Notes: generated by a model not told the origin, from the letters alone. A stretch of DNA of 64,000 nt from Candidatus Latescibacterota bacterium (GCA_965242865.1 CBDETK010000013.1:1376001-1440000); one strand, 5' to 3'. Positions 37,335-47,911 are shown, counted from the first letter of the stretch. Numbers and translations are program-made.

Positions 37335-37769
37335 ATGGCTATCATACCTAATATCAGTTCGGACCTCGCAGGGCCGCTCGGAGCCATTCACCTGCCGCGC
37401 CTGTGGTCCAAGCTGCGCCTGAGCGCGGCCGGCGAGCTGCCGGCCGACTACCCAGAATGCGGCGCGGGCTTCGACCAGATGGTTCTCGACGGCCTCGGCA
37501 TCGACCGCGACGCGGCCGTGGCCTATGTCAAGGACAACAAGGCCAGCTATATCGAATTTGAAAACTGGGTCAAAGCCCAGCGCGGCGGCGCCATTCCCCA
37601 AAGCGAAATCGACGCTTCCAACGCCGCCATCCGCGGCTACAACCACGACGACGAAACCCGCGGCAGCATCCTCGACGCCGCTGGCCTCAGCGACGACGGC
37701 AGCATCCTCGACGCCGTCAACCTCAACAACCTCGACGACTGGACTGAGCTGCACAACGCCCTGAGCTAA
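37335..37769 (+). CDS. DUF5069-like protein
   Basis: AGGAGG RBS; GAIHLPRLWSK.RL...G.L..DY...FD...L..LGID. Confidence 0.7.
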   Translation: MAIIPNISSDLAGPLGAIHLPRLWSKLRLSAAGELPADYPECGAGFDQMVLDGLGIDRDAAVAYVKDNKASYIEFENWVKAQRGGAIPQSEIDASNAAIRGYNHDDETRGSILDAAGLSDDGSILDAVNLNNLDDWTELHNALS

Positions 37770-37792
37770 AAGGACGGGTCCCGCTCGTCTGC

Positions 37793-37834
37793 CGGCCCGC
37801 TTCCTCTCTTTGGAGGCGGGCCGCTTTGTTTGTT
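37793..37834 (+). terminator. Probable intrinsic terminator
   Basis: CGGCCCGCTTCC-loop-GGAGGCGGGCCG followed by CTTTGTTTGTT. Confidence 0.65.
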
Positions 37835-37952
37835 GTCGCCCGCCTATTCATATCGCCTTTTGGCGGGGCTGTCAACGCCCTTGATAGCCTCCTACTAAAT
37901 TTGTACCTTGTGCCAATCACTCCTCGGCCCCTCGGTGAAAGCGAGTCTGAAG

Positions 37953-39083
37953 ATGAAATTCGACGTCGTCTCCCTAACCAAGGCAATAGTCGCCTATCCC
38001 TCGGAAAGCCAAACCAGCAACGTCGAAGTCACCCAACATCTAGCCGGGGTCTTGCGCCAGCTTGGTTTCCACCTAGAAGAGGTGCCCTACACGGATGCGG
38101 CGGGCGTGGCCAAGCTCTCCATCGTCGGCAAGCTGGGCCGCGGCGAGGGCGGGTTGGCCCTGATGAGCCACGACGACGTCGTTCCCGCCAATCCGGCCGA
38201 CGGCTGGCACCGCGATCCCTACGACCCCTACGAGGCCAACGGCCGGCTCTACGGCCGCGGCGCCTGCGACATGAAAGGCCCCCTTGCCGCTTCGATTTGC
38301 GCGGCCGCTCGCTTCAAGGCCGCGGATCTCACCGCCCCGCTCTACATCGTCGTCACGGCTGACGAGGAAGTCCACGCGGTCGGCGCCCAAAAAGTCACGG
38401 CGTACTCCGAGCTGTTTGCCGAGGCCAGCACCGGCTGCGGCATTATCTGCGAGCCGACCAGCCTCCGCGTCGTTCACGCCCACAAAGGCTCGCTCGCCAT
38501 CCAAGTCACCGCCAAGGGACGCCCCGCGCACACCAGCACCTTAAAGGGCATCAACGCCAACCTCAAAATGATTCCCTTTCTCGCGGAGATGAAACAATTC
38601 AACGAACAGGTGCTCAGCGCTCGCCGCTACCGCAACGAGGAGTTTGCCCCGCCGCATTCCGAGTGGTGCATTGGCATCAACGACCACAACCGCGCCACCA
38701 ACATCTCCCCCGCCCAGAGCATCTGCACCCTCAACTACCGCCCCATGCCCGGCATCAACGTCGAGGATTTGATCGACAAAACCCGCCAAAGCGCGCAAAA
38801 GCACGGCCTCGACTTCGAGCTCAAGCACCGCGGCGAGCCGCTTTACACCGCAGTGGACGCCCCGCTGGTCCGCACGGCACTCGAGCTAACGGGCCACGAC
38901 CAACCCACCACGGTCGCTTACGGCACCGACGGCATGGCTTTTGTCGAAAAGATGAAACAGATGATCGTCCTCGGCCCGGGCGACATTGCCCAAGCCCACA
39001 CCGCCAACGAATGGATCAGCCTCGACCAACTACACGCCAGCGTCGATCTCTACGCCCGCTTCATCGAGCATATCTGCGCTTAG
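37953..39083 (+). CDS. argE: M20 family metallopeptidase, acetylornithine deacetylase-like
   Basis: SHDDVVP, LYGRGACDMKG, DEE, EPT, HKG, YGTD, GPGDIAQAHTANEW. Confidence 0.8.
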   Translation: MKFDVVSLTKAIVAYPSESQTSNVEVTQHLAGVLRQLGFHLEEVPYTDAAGVAKLSIVGKLGRGEGGLALMSHDDVVPANPADGWHRDPYDPYEANGRLYGRGACDMKGPLAASICAAARFKAADLTAPLYIVVTADEEVHAVGAQKVTAYSELFAEASTGCGIICEPTSLRVVHAHKGSLAIQVTAKGRPAHTSTLKGINANLKMIPFLAEMKQFNEQVLSARRYRNEEFAPPHSEWCIGINDHNRATNISPAQSICTLNYRPMPGINVEDLIDKTRQSAQKHGLDFELKHRGEPLYTAVDAPLVRTALELTGHDQPTTVAYGTDGMAFVEKMKQMIVLGPGDIAQAHTANEWISLDQLHASVDLYARFIEHICA

Positions 39084-39288
39084 GGAGCAAAACAGGGCAA
39101 AGCCCAACACTATGTTAGAAAAAAAAGAAAGAACCATATTATTATTGCATGTTTGGTAGTTGTTTTCTTGCTGAACCCAGCAGGCAACAAAAAAACTTGA
39201 CGCACAACACAGATACTCCCGCGAAAGAACGTCACCCCGTGCCCCGCAACAGCGGGAATCCAAGATCTTTATTTGCTAGCGATCGGCG

Positions 39289-39807
39289 ATGCGGCTCCTA
39301 GCGCTGTTGTGGGCCTTTGCGTTCAGCGCGAGCGCGGCGTCGGCTGGGGACTTGGCAGATGTCAACGCTGGGTTGCGGGCTTGGTTGCAGGCCATTGAAG
39401 GAGACGCGCCGTACTTGCTGGTGGACCGGGAAGCGGCCGAGTTGCGGCTGATGCACGGGAAGGCTCTGTTGCGGCGCGTACCGCTGTTGGCCGACTCCCT
39501 GGGGACGCGGCCGCCCGTGCAATTTTCGCTCGCGGCCCGGTTGCGGCGCTATCGGCCGAGCAGCCCGTGGCGCGGGTTGACGCCCAGCCCTTTCGACTGG
39601 GAACAGAACTTGGTCGTCGATGCCGCGGCCACCAGTGCGCTGTACTTTGCGCACGGCCTGCTAATCTACGCCAGCCCGGCTTGGCGTCGCCGCGGTGCTA
39701 GGGACCTGCAAATCGGGACCGCTGATTTGCGCGCGCTGTACAATGCCTGTCGCCCGGGAACCGCTCTCGTCGTCCTGCCCGCTGGCTGGAAGGAGGGGCC
39801 GCCGTGA
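39289..39807 (+). CDS. Secreted hypothetical protein, possibly a degenerate YkuD/L,D-transpeptidase fold
   Basis: Signal peptide; YLLVD...LRL and DLRALY...PGT.LVV resemble the YkuD termini; no HG...GC motif. Confidence 0.5.
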   Translation: MRLLALLWAFAFSASAASAGDLADVNAGLRAWLQAIEGDAPYLLVDREAAELRLMHGKALLRRVPLLADSLGTRPPVQFSLAARLRRYRPSSPWRGLTPSPFDWEQNLVVDAAATSALYFAHGLLIYASPAWRRRGARDLQIGTADLRALYNACRPGTALVVLPAGWKEGPP

Positions 39808-41063
39808 CCTTGCACTTTGGCGCGGCGGCCGCCGACATCACGCCGCCGGTGGGCATCGCAATGGGTGGATACTGGGGGCGGCGATCCGGGGCCACGCACA
39901 TCCGCGACCGCCTCAGGGCCAAGGCCCTCGTCTGCGGCCGAGGGGCAGCACGCGTCGCCCTCGTCGCGGTCGATTTGGTGGGGTTGGACGCGGAGGTTGT
40001 GCGGGCAATCCGCGCGCGGATCGGCTGCGCAACGGGCATTGAAGGCGCGGCGATCATGGTCTGCGCTTCCCACACCCACTCCGGCCCGCTGACCTTCCCC
40101 TTCCGCGGCATAAACCGCATCGACCGCCGCTACTTGGAGCAGGTTGTGGACGCCGTGGTCAAAGTCGTGGTAGCGGCCGCCAGCGACAGCCGACCGGGCC
40201 GCTTGTACTATGCGCGCCCCGAGGTGCAGCTAGGGCGCAACCGCCGGCCGCAGAGCGTCCGAGGCGAAGTCGTGCCCTACGCGCATGTATTGCGCTTTGC
40301 CGCCGAGCGCGGGACGGAGGCCACGATCTTTAGCTGTGCTTGCCATCCGGTGGTCTTGGGCCGCGACAACCACCAGATCAGCGGCGACTTCCCCGGGGAA
40401 GCGGCTCGCTGCATTGAGGCCGCGACCGGCGGGCTGGCTCTGTTTGTAAACGGGGCCTGCGGCGACGTCAATCCGCGGATCGCCAACGGCTCATTTGCCG
40501 ATGTGGAAAAATTGGGGCAGGAGTTGGGTCGGGCCGTGCTGGAGGGGCGGGCTGCGGCCGCGCCCGTGGATGCCTCGGCCTTGGGTTGGGCGCACGAGCG
40601 GTTGGACTTGCCGCTGAGGCCCCCGCCACCGCGCTGGCGCGCTGAGGCCGAGAAACTCAAATGGAACCTGCGGGCACGTCTAGCGCGGGGCGGCGAGGTC
40701 CCCAAGGCGCAACTCGAATGGGCGGCGGCGATGTGCAAATGGGTGCGGGCCGGGGCGAGCTGCGCTCGGGTCCAGCCCTTTGAGATACAGGCGTTGGCCT
40801 TTGGCGAGCTCGTGCTCTTGGGCGTGGAGGGCGAGCTTTTTGCGCGTTATCAACTCGATTTGGAGGCCGCGCATGGGCCAGCTGTCTTGTGCGGCTTTGC
40901 CAATGGCTGCATTGGCTATGTGCCCACGGCCGACGAGTACGCACGCGGCGGCTACGAGATTGACCAAGCCTACAAGTTCTATCCGAGTGTGCAGATGATC
41001 GCGCCGGCGAGCGAGGCCCTGATACGGCAGCGAGCCGCGGCGTTGATAGCCAAGGTGCGCTAG
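39804..41063 (+). CDS. Neutral/alkaline ceramidase-like amidohydrolase
   Basis: DITPP, DRLRAKAL, ASHTHSGP, ACHP, ISGDFPG, GACGDVNP, GYVPT..EY..GGYE. Confidence 0.82.
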   Translation: MTLHFGAAAADITPPVGIAMGGYWGRRSGATHIRDRLRAKALVCGRGAARVALVAVDLVGLDAEVVRAIRARIGCATGIEGAAIMVCASHTHSGPLTFPFRGINRIDRRYLEQVVDAVVKVVVAAASDSRPGRLYYARPEVQLGRNRRPQSVRGEVVPYAHVLRFAAERGTEATIFSCACHPVVLGRDNHQISGDFPGEAARCIEAATGGLALFVNGACGDVNPRIANGSFADVEKLGQELGRAVLEGRAAAAPVDASALGWAHERLDLPLRPPPPRWRAEAEKLKWNLRARLARGGEVPKAQLEWAAAMCKWVRAGASCARVQPFEIQALAFGELVLLGVEGELFARYQLDLEAAHGPAVLCGFANGCIGYVPTADEYARGGYEIDQAYKFYPSVQMIAPASEALIRQRAAALIAKVR

Positions 41064-41167
41064 CGCATTGAGTCTTTGACAGGGTTATTTGGGGCGGCGA
41101 TTTTTGACGGGCCGGCCGCTCCCCGTTCAAGTGGGAGCGGCGAGAATTCGAGTGGAGGATTCATGCG

Positions 41168-41842
41168 ATGCGCGAGCTAGAGGTGCTCTACGATCAAGTG
41201 CCGGCGACGCGGTGCGCGGGCACGGGCGATTGCTGTGCGCTCACGGACGAGGAGTTCGACACGTACTACGCCACCATGTTCCCGCTCTACCGGGCCGAAT
41301 ACCTCTACATCGTCGCTTATGTGGAGCGGCACTTTTCCCCGCAGCGTCGCCGAGAATTGCTGAATTTTACCGAGGAGCGGCCCCGCCGCTGTCCCTTTCT
41401 CGGCGCGGACCATAGCTGTACCATCTATCCGGTGCGCCCGCTGATCTGCCGCACTTATGGGGCGATGAATCCGGTCTCAATCGCCCGCCAAGCCCGCGCG
41501 TATCAGGGTGCCTTGCCGTCGGCACCCATTCGCGCCTTTGTGCGGCGCGAGGCCGGCATGGTGTGTCCGCGGGTGGCGGTGCTGGAGCCGGAAAAAGTCG
41601 CTCAACACGCCCGCATGCTCATCGAGGGAACGTACGAGCGCGAATTGGCCCGACTCAGCACCGAGGTGGAGCTGGCGGGCGGGGTGCGTCAAGTGCTCTA
41701 CCAACGGCTCACCGGCCGGCAAGAGTGGCCGGTGCGCTGGTCTTGGGGGGGGTTTAATGCGGTGCGCTTTTCGCCGCTGGCATGGCTGCGCCGGCACTTT
41801 GCCGCGTATTGGAAAAAGGCCGAGCTCATCGACGGCAAGTGA
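41168..41842 (+). CDS. YkgJ family cysteine-cluster protein
   Basis: CAGTGDCC...CPFL....CTIYPVRPLICRTY. Confidence 0.8.
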   Translation: MRELEVLYDQVPATRCAGTGDCCALTDEEFDTYYATMFPLYRAEYLYIVAYVERHFSPQRRRELLNFTEERPRRCPFLGADHSCTIYPVRPLICRTYGAMNPVSIARQARAYQGALPSAPIRAFVRREAGMVCPRVAVLEPEKVAQHARMLIEGTYERELARLSTEVELAGGVRQVLYQRLTGRQEWPVRWSWGGFNAVRFSPLAWLRRHFAAYWKKAELIDGK

Positions 41843-41858
41843 CGCGGAGGGAGAGGCG

Positions 41859-43313
41859 TTAGCCGCCGAGCTTTTGCAGCAGGCCCCAGCCGCTGACGAC
41901 GGCCGAGGCGATTAGCACCCCAGTCGAGAGCACGGCGCCGCCGAGGACCCAAGCGCGGGTGCGGTACGAGGCGGGTAGCTTGAAATTGAGATAAATGGCT
42001 GCCACCATCATTATGGCAATGGCTAGGTTGGCGATGAGGAAGCCGGCGATCTGGGTCAGGATGTCGAAGGGGATGTTATTCCAGACGATGAGCATGGTCG
42101 CGGCGAAAATGTACAGGCAGATGACGCGCTTGATCGCTTGGTACTCCCAGGTGCGGTCCGGCCAGCGGGCGGCGAGAAATTCTTGGGCCACGCGAGCGTA
42201 GATTTCCGGCAGGGCTTGCAGGGTGCCCCACAGCGCGGCGAGGATGCAGACGTAGTAAATCCACACCAAGCTCGGATGAATCTGACGCCAGACATGGGCT
42301 TGGTGCGTCAGCAGGCTCCAGCCCTCAAAGCGGGTCTCGAGCGGAAAGAGCACGGCCGCCCCGGAAATCATAAAGGCCCCGGTGACGATGAAGAGGACCA
42401 GTGCTCCCAACGCCACGTCCCAGCGCAGCGGCGAGACGCGTTGTCGCAGGCGGCCGACTTGCTGGGGGTCGTCGGGTAGATAGTCAATGGCGTCGCTGCG
42501 AGCGGCGCGGGCGCGGATGGCCTCGATGTCTTGGTGGCCCGTCAGCCCCCACTTGTGTAGGCCGACCCAGTTGGCGTAGGCGATGTAGCCAATGACGGAC
42601 CCACCGACGTAGCCAAACGTGGTGCCCAACGTCAGCAGCGGATGCGCGACCGCGTCCTCGGGCGCCCAGTCCGGGAAGGGCGGCAGGTCGCCAAAGCGGA
42701 AGGTCCCCAACAACGCCGCGCCCAAGTCTGGACGCACAATCAGGGTCCCGACGATGGTGCCCACGACTAGGATGGCGCAGATGAGGAGTTGTTGCTTTTC
42801 GAGGCGTTCAAAGGACAGGCGGATGCCAAAGAGCAGGGCCAAGGCAACAAAGGCCGAGGTGATGGCGTTTTCCCACAAGACCTCTTCCTCGCTGGCCGGC
42901 AGCAGGTCGCGCAGCAGGAAGTGGAACAGGTCGCCGCAGGGCTTGGAGATGGGCACCCACGCGAGGGGCGCGCCGATCATCTCAAAGAGCAAGATGGTCA
43001 ACAGCAGCCACCCGCGCGGCCCGGGCAGGCGCACGAGACGGTGGCCGATCAGCTCGCCGCTAACGGCCGTATAGCGGCCGATCAGATAGGTGAAGAAGAC
43101 GCCCTTGACCAAGCAACTGAGCAAGACCATCCACAACAAGCCATAGCCGGCCCAAGCCCCGGCCCGCACCACGACGATGGTCTCGCCGGCGCCAATGGCG
43201 ACCGAGGCGACGATGGCGGCCGGGCCAAAGACCGCGAGCATCCCCAAGAGCTTTTTCAGCGACCAAGGCTGGGCAAAGACGCCTTCGGCCGCTGGGATTT
43301 CTACTTTGTTCAT
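41859..43313 (-). CDS. Nramp-like / APC superfamily transporter
   Basis: GPAAIVASVAIGAGE...GYGLLW...RYTAVSGE and many TM helices. Start MNKVEI at 43313. Confidence 0.75.
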   Translation of the reverse strand: MNKVEIPAAEGVFAQPWSLKKLLGMLAVFGPAAIVASVAIGAGETIVVVRAGAWAGYGLLWMVLLSCLVKGVFFTYLIGRYTAVSGELIGHRLVRLPGPRGWLLLTILLFEMIGAPLAWVPISKPCGDLFHFLLRDLLPASEEEVLWENAITSAFVALALLFGIRLSFERLEKQQLLICAILVVGTIVGTLIVRPDLGAALLGTFRFGDLPPFPDWAPEDAVAHPLLTLGTTFGYVGGSVIGYIAYANWVGLHKWGLTGHQDIEAIRARAARSDAIDYLPDDPQQVGRLRQRVSPLRWDVALGALVLFIVTGAFMISGAAVLFPLETRFEGWSLLTHQAHVWRQIHPSLVWIYYVCILAALWGTLQALPEIYARVAQEFLAARWPDRTWEYQAIKRVICLYIFAATMLIVWNNIPFDILTQIAGFLIANLAIAIMMVAAIYLNFKLPASYRTRAWVLGGAVLSTGVLIASAVVSGWGLLQKLGG

Positions 43314-43437
43314 GCGCGGGGAGGTGCTTTGTAGGAGGGAATACGGCACCGGACGAAAATGCCCGGGCCGCTGATGCGTACGCTCATGGGCAGGCAAGAT
43401 ATAGCGGGCGGATAGGCGACGCAATACCAGCGAGTGC

Positions 43438-44451
43438 TCAATCACCACCCGCGTCGGTGAGGAGGTCGATGACGGCCGCGAGCCGATCCGCGTTTTTGAC
43501 CGTTGAGCGCAACGCAGTCGCCAGCGGCGTCTGGCTCTGGTGGTCTTTGGCGTTGACGTCGGCCCCGCGGTTGAGCAGCAAGGCGACGATGGGCACGAAC
43601 CCGGCCTTGGCCGCGCAGTGCAATGCCGTCTGGCCCTTGTGGTTCCTGGCGTTCACGTCGGCCCCGCGGTCGAGCAGGTCGCGCACGCGCTGGACATTGC
43701 CGCCGCGGTCGCCGCGCGCCTGAAAGACTAGGGGCGGCCAGCCGCCTTCGGCGCGGTTCACATCCACGGCCACGCCGCGGGCGGTCAACAACTCGATGAT
43801 CTCGGCATTGACGATGCCGGAACGAGGGGCCTCGGCATGGGCTGGATCGGCCCCGGCGTCGAGCAAGGCGCTGAGGATGTCGGCGCGATCCCGCCACACG
43901 GCAAAGCGAATTAGCCAGCCGCTGTACGGCCGCGGATCGGCCCCCCGCGCCAACAGCATTGAGACAATGTCGAGGTGCCCGGCGCTGACGGCGTAGTGCA
44001 AAACCGTCGTGCGCCGGTCGGAATCGTGCTGCGCCTTCTCAGCCGTTACCAACCGCGGTTCCCGGTCGAGGTAGCTGGCGACCGCAGCGCCGTCGCCGAG
44101 AAAGGCTGCGGTGTAAATGTCGGGCGCGCCCCCGCGTGCCAACAGCCGGTCGGCGACCGCGTCGTGGTGCTTGTACCGCGCAGCGCAGTAGGGGGAGATT
44201 TCGACGAGCAGGGGCGTGAAGTGGCAGCCGCAGGCGTGGATGTCCGCGCCGCGGTCGAGCAGGTAATCAACCATGGCCAGCCGTCCCCGGTACGCGGCTT
44301 CCCACAGCATGGTGCGGCCGTGCGAGCCGACGCGACGGATCCACGCGGGCTGCTCGGCCAAGGCGGCTCGGACCGTTTGGAGATCGCCGCGCCCGGCGGC
44401 TGCCACCGCGATCTTGAGAAAATCACTCACTTTTCCCGGTAGAATCGACAT
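43438..44451 (-). CDS. Ankyrin repeat protein
   Basis: GRTMLWEAA, TVLHYAV, GADVNAR..GQTALHCAA, GADVNAKD..QTPL. Confidence 0.9.
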   Translation of the reverse strand: MSILPGKVSDFLKIAVAAAGRGDLQTVRAALAEQPAWIRRVGSHGRTMLWEAAYRGRLAMVDYLLDRGADIHACGCHFTPLLVEISPYCAARYKHHDAVADRLLARGGAPDIYTAAFLGDGAAVASYLDREPRLVTAEKAQHDSDRRTTVLHYAVSAGHLDIVSMLLARGADPRPYSGWLIRFAVWRDRADILSALLDAGADPAHAEAPRSGIVNAEIIELLTARGVAVDVNRAEGGWPPLVFQARGDRGGNVQRVRDLLDRGADVNARNHKGQTALHCAAKAGFVPIVALLLNRGADVNAKDHQSQTPLATALRSTVKNADRLAAVIDLLTDAGGD

Positions 44452-44465
44452 GGCTGCATTCCTCC

Positions 44466-47400
44466 TCATTTGATAAGGATCATCTTGCGCACATGGGCGA
44501 CCGGCCCAGCTTGCAAGCGGTACAAATACACGCCGCTGGCGACTTGTGCGCCGTGCTGGTCGCGGCCATCCCAGTGGGCGGCATTAGCACTGGTCAAGTA
44601 CGGACCGGCCGCCCGATAGCCCAAGTCGATTTCTCGGATCAAGGCTCCCCGGACATCGTAGATGCTCAGGCGAACCGGAGCGGGCGCGTGTAGTTGAAAG
44701 GGCAGCCAAGTCTCTGGGTTGAAGGGATTGGGGTAGTTGGCCAGTAGTGCGGTTTGCATCGGTAGTGGGGGCGAAGCCTGAATCGCCTTTGGCGCAGGAT
44801 TGAGGAGTGTGACGTAGGGCAACATATCCCATAGCAGGGTCGTGCCGTCCCGACTCCGACTCGCCAATCTGCTCCCATCCGGCGAAAACGCCACCAGATT
44901 GACGCTTTCCGTATGCCCCTCCAGCGTCGCTTTGAGTTGGCCGCTGCCTACGTCCCACAACCGGATCGTCTCGTCGTCGCTGCCGCTGGCGAGGGTGTTG
45001 CCATCCGGCGAAAACGCCACCGAACGGACATCCTCCCTGTGCCCGTATAAAGTGTGCAGGAGTTGGCCGCGGTCCACAGCCCACAACCGGATATCATCGT
45101 TGCGGTCGCCGCTGGCCAGCGTACTTCCGTCTGGCGAAAACGCCACGGAAATGACCCCCCAGCTTGGCGTCCCCTCCAGCGTCGCTTTGAGTTGGCCGCT
45201 GTCGGTGTCCCACAGACGGGTCATGCCGTCCTCATTTCCGCTGGCCAATATACTCCCATCGGGTGAGAATGCCATCGCCATCGCATGCCCACTGGTTAGG
45301 AGGACGGCTTTGAGTTGGCCGCTGTTGGCGTCCCACAGCCGGATCGTCCCATCCCAACTCCGGCTGGCCAAGATGTGGTCCGTGGGGGAAAACGCGACCC
45401 CATTGATCCAGTCCGCATGCCCGGCCAAAGTGGCCAGCAGTCGGCCGCTAGCTGTATCCCACAAGCGGATTGTTTTGTCGCGGCTTCCACTGGCCAACAT
45501 ACTGCCATCGGCGGAAAACGCCAGCGCATCGACCCAGTTCCCATGTCCTACCAAAGTGGCTAGCAAATTGATCTCGTCCGCATGTCCTGCTAGGGTGGCT
45601 AGTAGTCGGCCGCTGCCTGTATCCCACAAGCGGACCGCGTTGTCATAACTTCCACTGGCTAACATCCTTCCATCAGGGGAAAACGCCAGCGCATTGACCC
45701 AATCCGCATGCCCTGCCAAGGTGGCTAGTAGTCGGCCGCTGCCTGTATCCCACAGGCGGACCGCGTTGCCATAACTTCCACTGGCCAGCAGGCTCCCACT
45801 AAGAAAAAAAGTCACCGGATGAACGGAACTCCTGTGCCCATCTAGGATGCCTTGGGATTCGCCGCTGATTGTATCCCACAGCCGGATCGTGCCATCCTGA
45901 CTGCTGCTGGCGAGGGTTGTGCCATCCGGCGAAAACACCACCGAATAGACAGCGGAATAAATAGAACTTCTGTGCCCTGTGAGGGTGGCTTGGGGTTGGC
46001 CGGTATCCACGTTCCACAGCCGGATCGTGCCGGTCACACTGCCGCTGGCGAGGGTTGTGCCATCCGGCGAAAATGCTACGGAATAGACCCAACCTCCCTG
46101 TACCCTACGATTGACTTGGGATACACCGTCCCTGCTTACATAAGTTATCACGGTGTCCAATCGGCTCGTATGACCCGCTAGGGTGGCCTTTTCCAGCCCG
46201 CTGATTGTATCCCACAGGCGGATCGTGCCGTCCTGACCGCCGCTGACGAGGGTGTTGCCATCCGGCGAAAACACCACCGAATAGACATCCTCTATATGGC
46301 CGTGCAGAGTGGCCTCGGGTTCGCCGGTATTCGCGTTCCACAGGCGGATCGTGCTGTCCTCACTGCCGCTGGCAAGGGTCTTTCCATCCGGCGAAAACGC
46401 CACTGAATGGACCCAATATCGATGCCCGCTAAGGACCGCCTTGTATTGGCCGCTGGCCACGTCCCACAGCCAGACCGCACTTCCACTAGCACTGGCGAGG
46501 GTGTTGCCAGCCGGTGAAAACGCCACCGCACTGACCGCCCCGGTATGTCCTTTGAGAATCGCCTTGAGGTGGCCGTTGGCCGGATCCCAAAGCCGAATCA
46601 TCCGGTCAGAACTCCCACTAGCCAGCATGTTGCCATCCGACGAAAACGCCACGGTCGTTACGGGAGCTGTATGCCCCGTCAGCAGCGCGACTTCGGCGCC
46701 GGTAAGCGCATTGTAAAGCCAGATGCCGATACTGCTGGCCACTGCGAGTTGAGAGCCGTCGGGCGAATACGCGAGCTCGGATATACTCCCTTTACCGAGG
46801 CGTACTTGGGCTCCATCGGGCAACCCCCAGCGGGTATAGTCTCGGTCCATGCTGTCGGGTACAACCGCAGACATATCCCACAGCATAACCGTACAATCTT
46901 GGCTTCCATTGGCCAGCGTCTGACTATCTGGAGAAAATGCGAGGGAAGTAACGGCCCCCCCAAAGTCTCCGAGCGTAGCTTGGTGCCGGGCGAGGGCCAC
47001 ATCCCACAGCCGGATCGTCTGGTCAGAACTCCCGCTGGCTAGCGTGGCCCCATCCGGCGAAAATGCCACAGCGTGAACCCCGCTCTCATGCCCCTCGAGG
47101 ATTACCTGCGATTGGGCACGAACCGCATCCCACAACCGAATTGTCTCATCAAGGCTCCCACTGGCGAGGGTGCTGCCGTCGGGGGAAAAGGCCACGGAAT
47201 AGACATAACTTGTATGCCCTTCCAGCGTCGCTTTGAGTTGGCCGCTGTCGGCGTCCCACAGCCGGATCGTCTTGTCGCTGCTGCCGCTGGCCAGCACACT
47301 GCCATCAGGGGAAAGAGCTACGGAATAAACGGGACGGGTATGGCCTTCTAGCGTGGCCTTTAGCTGGCCGCTGCCGACCTCCCACAACCGAACTGTGCGG

Positions 47401-47861
47401 TCCTCACTGCCGCTGGCGAGGGTTGTTCCATCCGGCGAAAACGCCACCGAACGGACGGGACGGGTATGGCCTTCTAGCGTGGCCTTTAACTGTCCGCTGG
47501 CCACCTCCCACAAGCGGATTGTGCGGTCATCGCTGCCGCTGGCGAGGGTGTTGCTGTCCGGCGAAAACGCCACCGAACGAATCGAACCCCAATGTCCCTT
47601 TAGGGTCGCTTTGAGTTGGCCGGTGCGTGCGTTCCACAAGCGGATCTCGTTGTCGTCGCTGCCGCTGGCGAGGGTTTCTCCATCCGGCGAAAACGCCACC
47701 GAAACGACCCAATCCCTGTGTCCGGCGAGGGTCGCCCGGGGGTGGCCTCTGTTGGCCTCTTGCAACCGCGTCCGGTCCCCAATCCCGCCAGCCAGCGTGC
47801 CCCCATCCGGCGAAAACGCCACGGACAAAAGGATGATGTTCAACAGTAGGGTCTTTTTCAT
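44466..47861 (-). CDS. WD40 repeat protein with C-terminal T9SS-type-A/FlgD-like domain
   Basis: About 20 GH...VAFSPDG..LASGS.D..IRLWD repeats; C-terminal TALLANYPNPFNPETW...WDG...SGVY...KMILIK. Start ATG 47861 or GTG 47870. Confidence 0.92.
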   Translation of the reverse strand: MKKTLLLNIILLSVAFSPDGGTLAGGIGDRTRLQEANRGHPRATLAGHRDWVVSVAFSPDGETLASGSDDNEIRLWNARTGQLKATLKGHWGSIRSVAFSPDSNTLASGSDDRTIRLWEVASGQLKATLEGHTRPVRSVAFSPDGTTLASGSEDRTVRLWEVGSGQLKATLEGHTRPVYSVALSPDGSVLASGSSDKTIRLWDADSGQLKATLEGHTSYVYSVAFSPDGSTLASGSLDETIRLWDAVRAQSQVILEGHESGVHAVAFSPDGATLASGSSDQTIRLWDVALARHQATLGDFGGAVTSLAFSPDSQTLANGSQDCTVMLWDMSAVVPDSMDRDYTRWGLPDGAQVRLGKGSISELAYSPDGSQLAVASSIGIWLYNALTGAEVALLTGHTAPVTTVAFSSDGNMLASGSSDRMIRLWDPANGHLKAILKGHTGAVSAVAFSPAGNTLASASGSAVWLWDVASGQYKAVLSGHRYWVHSVAFSPDGKTLASGSEDSTIRLWNANTGEPEATLHGHIEDVYSVVFSPDGNTLVSGGQDGTIRLWDTISGLEKATLAGHTSRLDTVITYVSRDGVSQVNRRVQGGWVYSVAFSPDGTTLASGSVTGTIRLWNVDTGQPQATLTGHRSSIYSAVYSVVFSPDGTTLASSSQDGTIRLWDTISGESQGILDGHRSSVHPVTFFLSGSLLASGSYGNAVRLWDTGSGRLLATLAGHADWVNALAFSPDGRMLASGSYDNAVRLWDTGSGRLLATLAGHADEINLLATLVGHGNWVDALAFSADGSMLASGSRDKTIRLWDTASGRLLATLAGHADWINGVAFSPTDHILASRSWDGTIRLWDANSGQLKAVLLTSGHAMAMAFSPDGSILASGNEDGMTRLWDTDSGQLKATLEGTPSWGVISVAFSPDGSTLASGDRNDDIRLWAVDRGQLLHTLYGHREDVRSVAFSPDGNTLASGSDDETIRLWDVGSGQLKATLEGHTESVNLVAFSPDGSRLASRSRDGTTLLWDMLPYVTLLNPAPKAIQASPPLPMQTALLANYPNPFNPETWLPFQLHAPAPVRLSIYDVRGALIREIDLGYRAAGPYLTSANAAHWDGRDQHGAQVASGVYLYRLQAGPVAHVRKMILIK

Positions 47862-47911
47862 CTGCTTCACGCTCCGGTTATCCGCTGGTCCACCCATTCC
47901 CGCCGGCAGCC

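Noticed and set aside
37254-37754. Long N-terminal extension of the Gfo/Idh/MocA ORF
   Set aside because: It is the antisense of the DUF5069-like gene; the Rossmann motif starts at 37253. The same logic applies to the extensions of ORFs 58364..60946, 44466..48020 and 30835..31662.
39084-39130. c-di-GMP-I riboswitch (ACAGGGCAAA)
   Set aside because: The remaining GEMM elements (GAAA tetraloop stem, GCAAAGCC...P2 pairing) are not present in the right arrangement.
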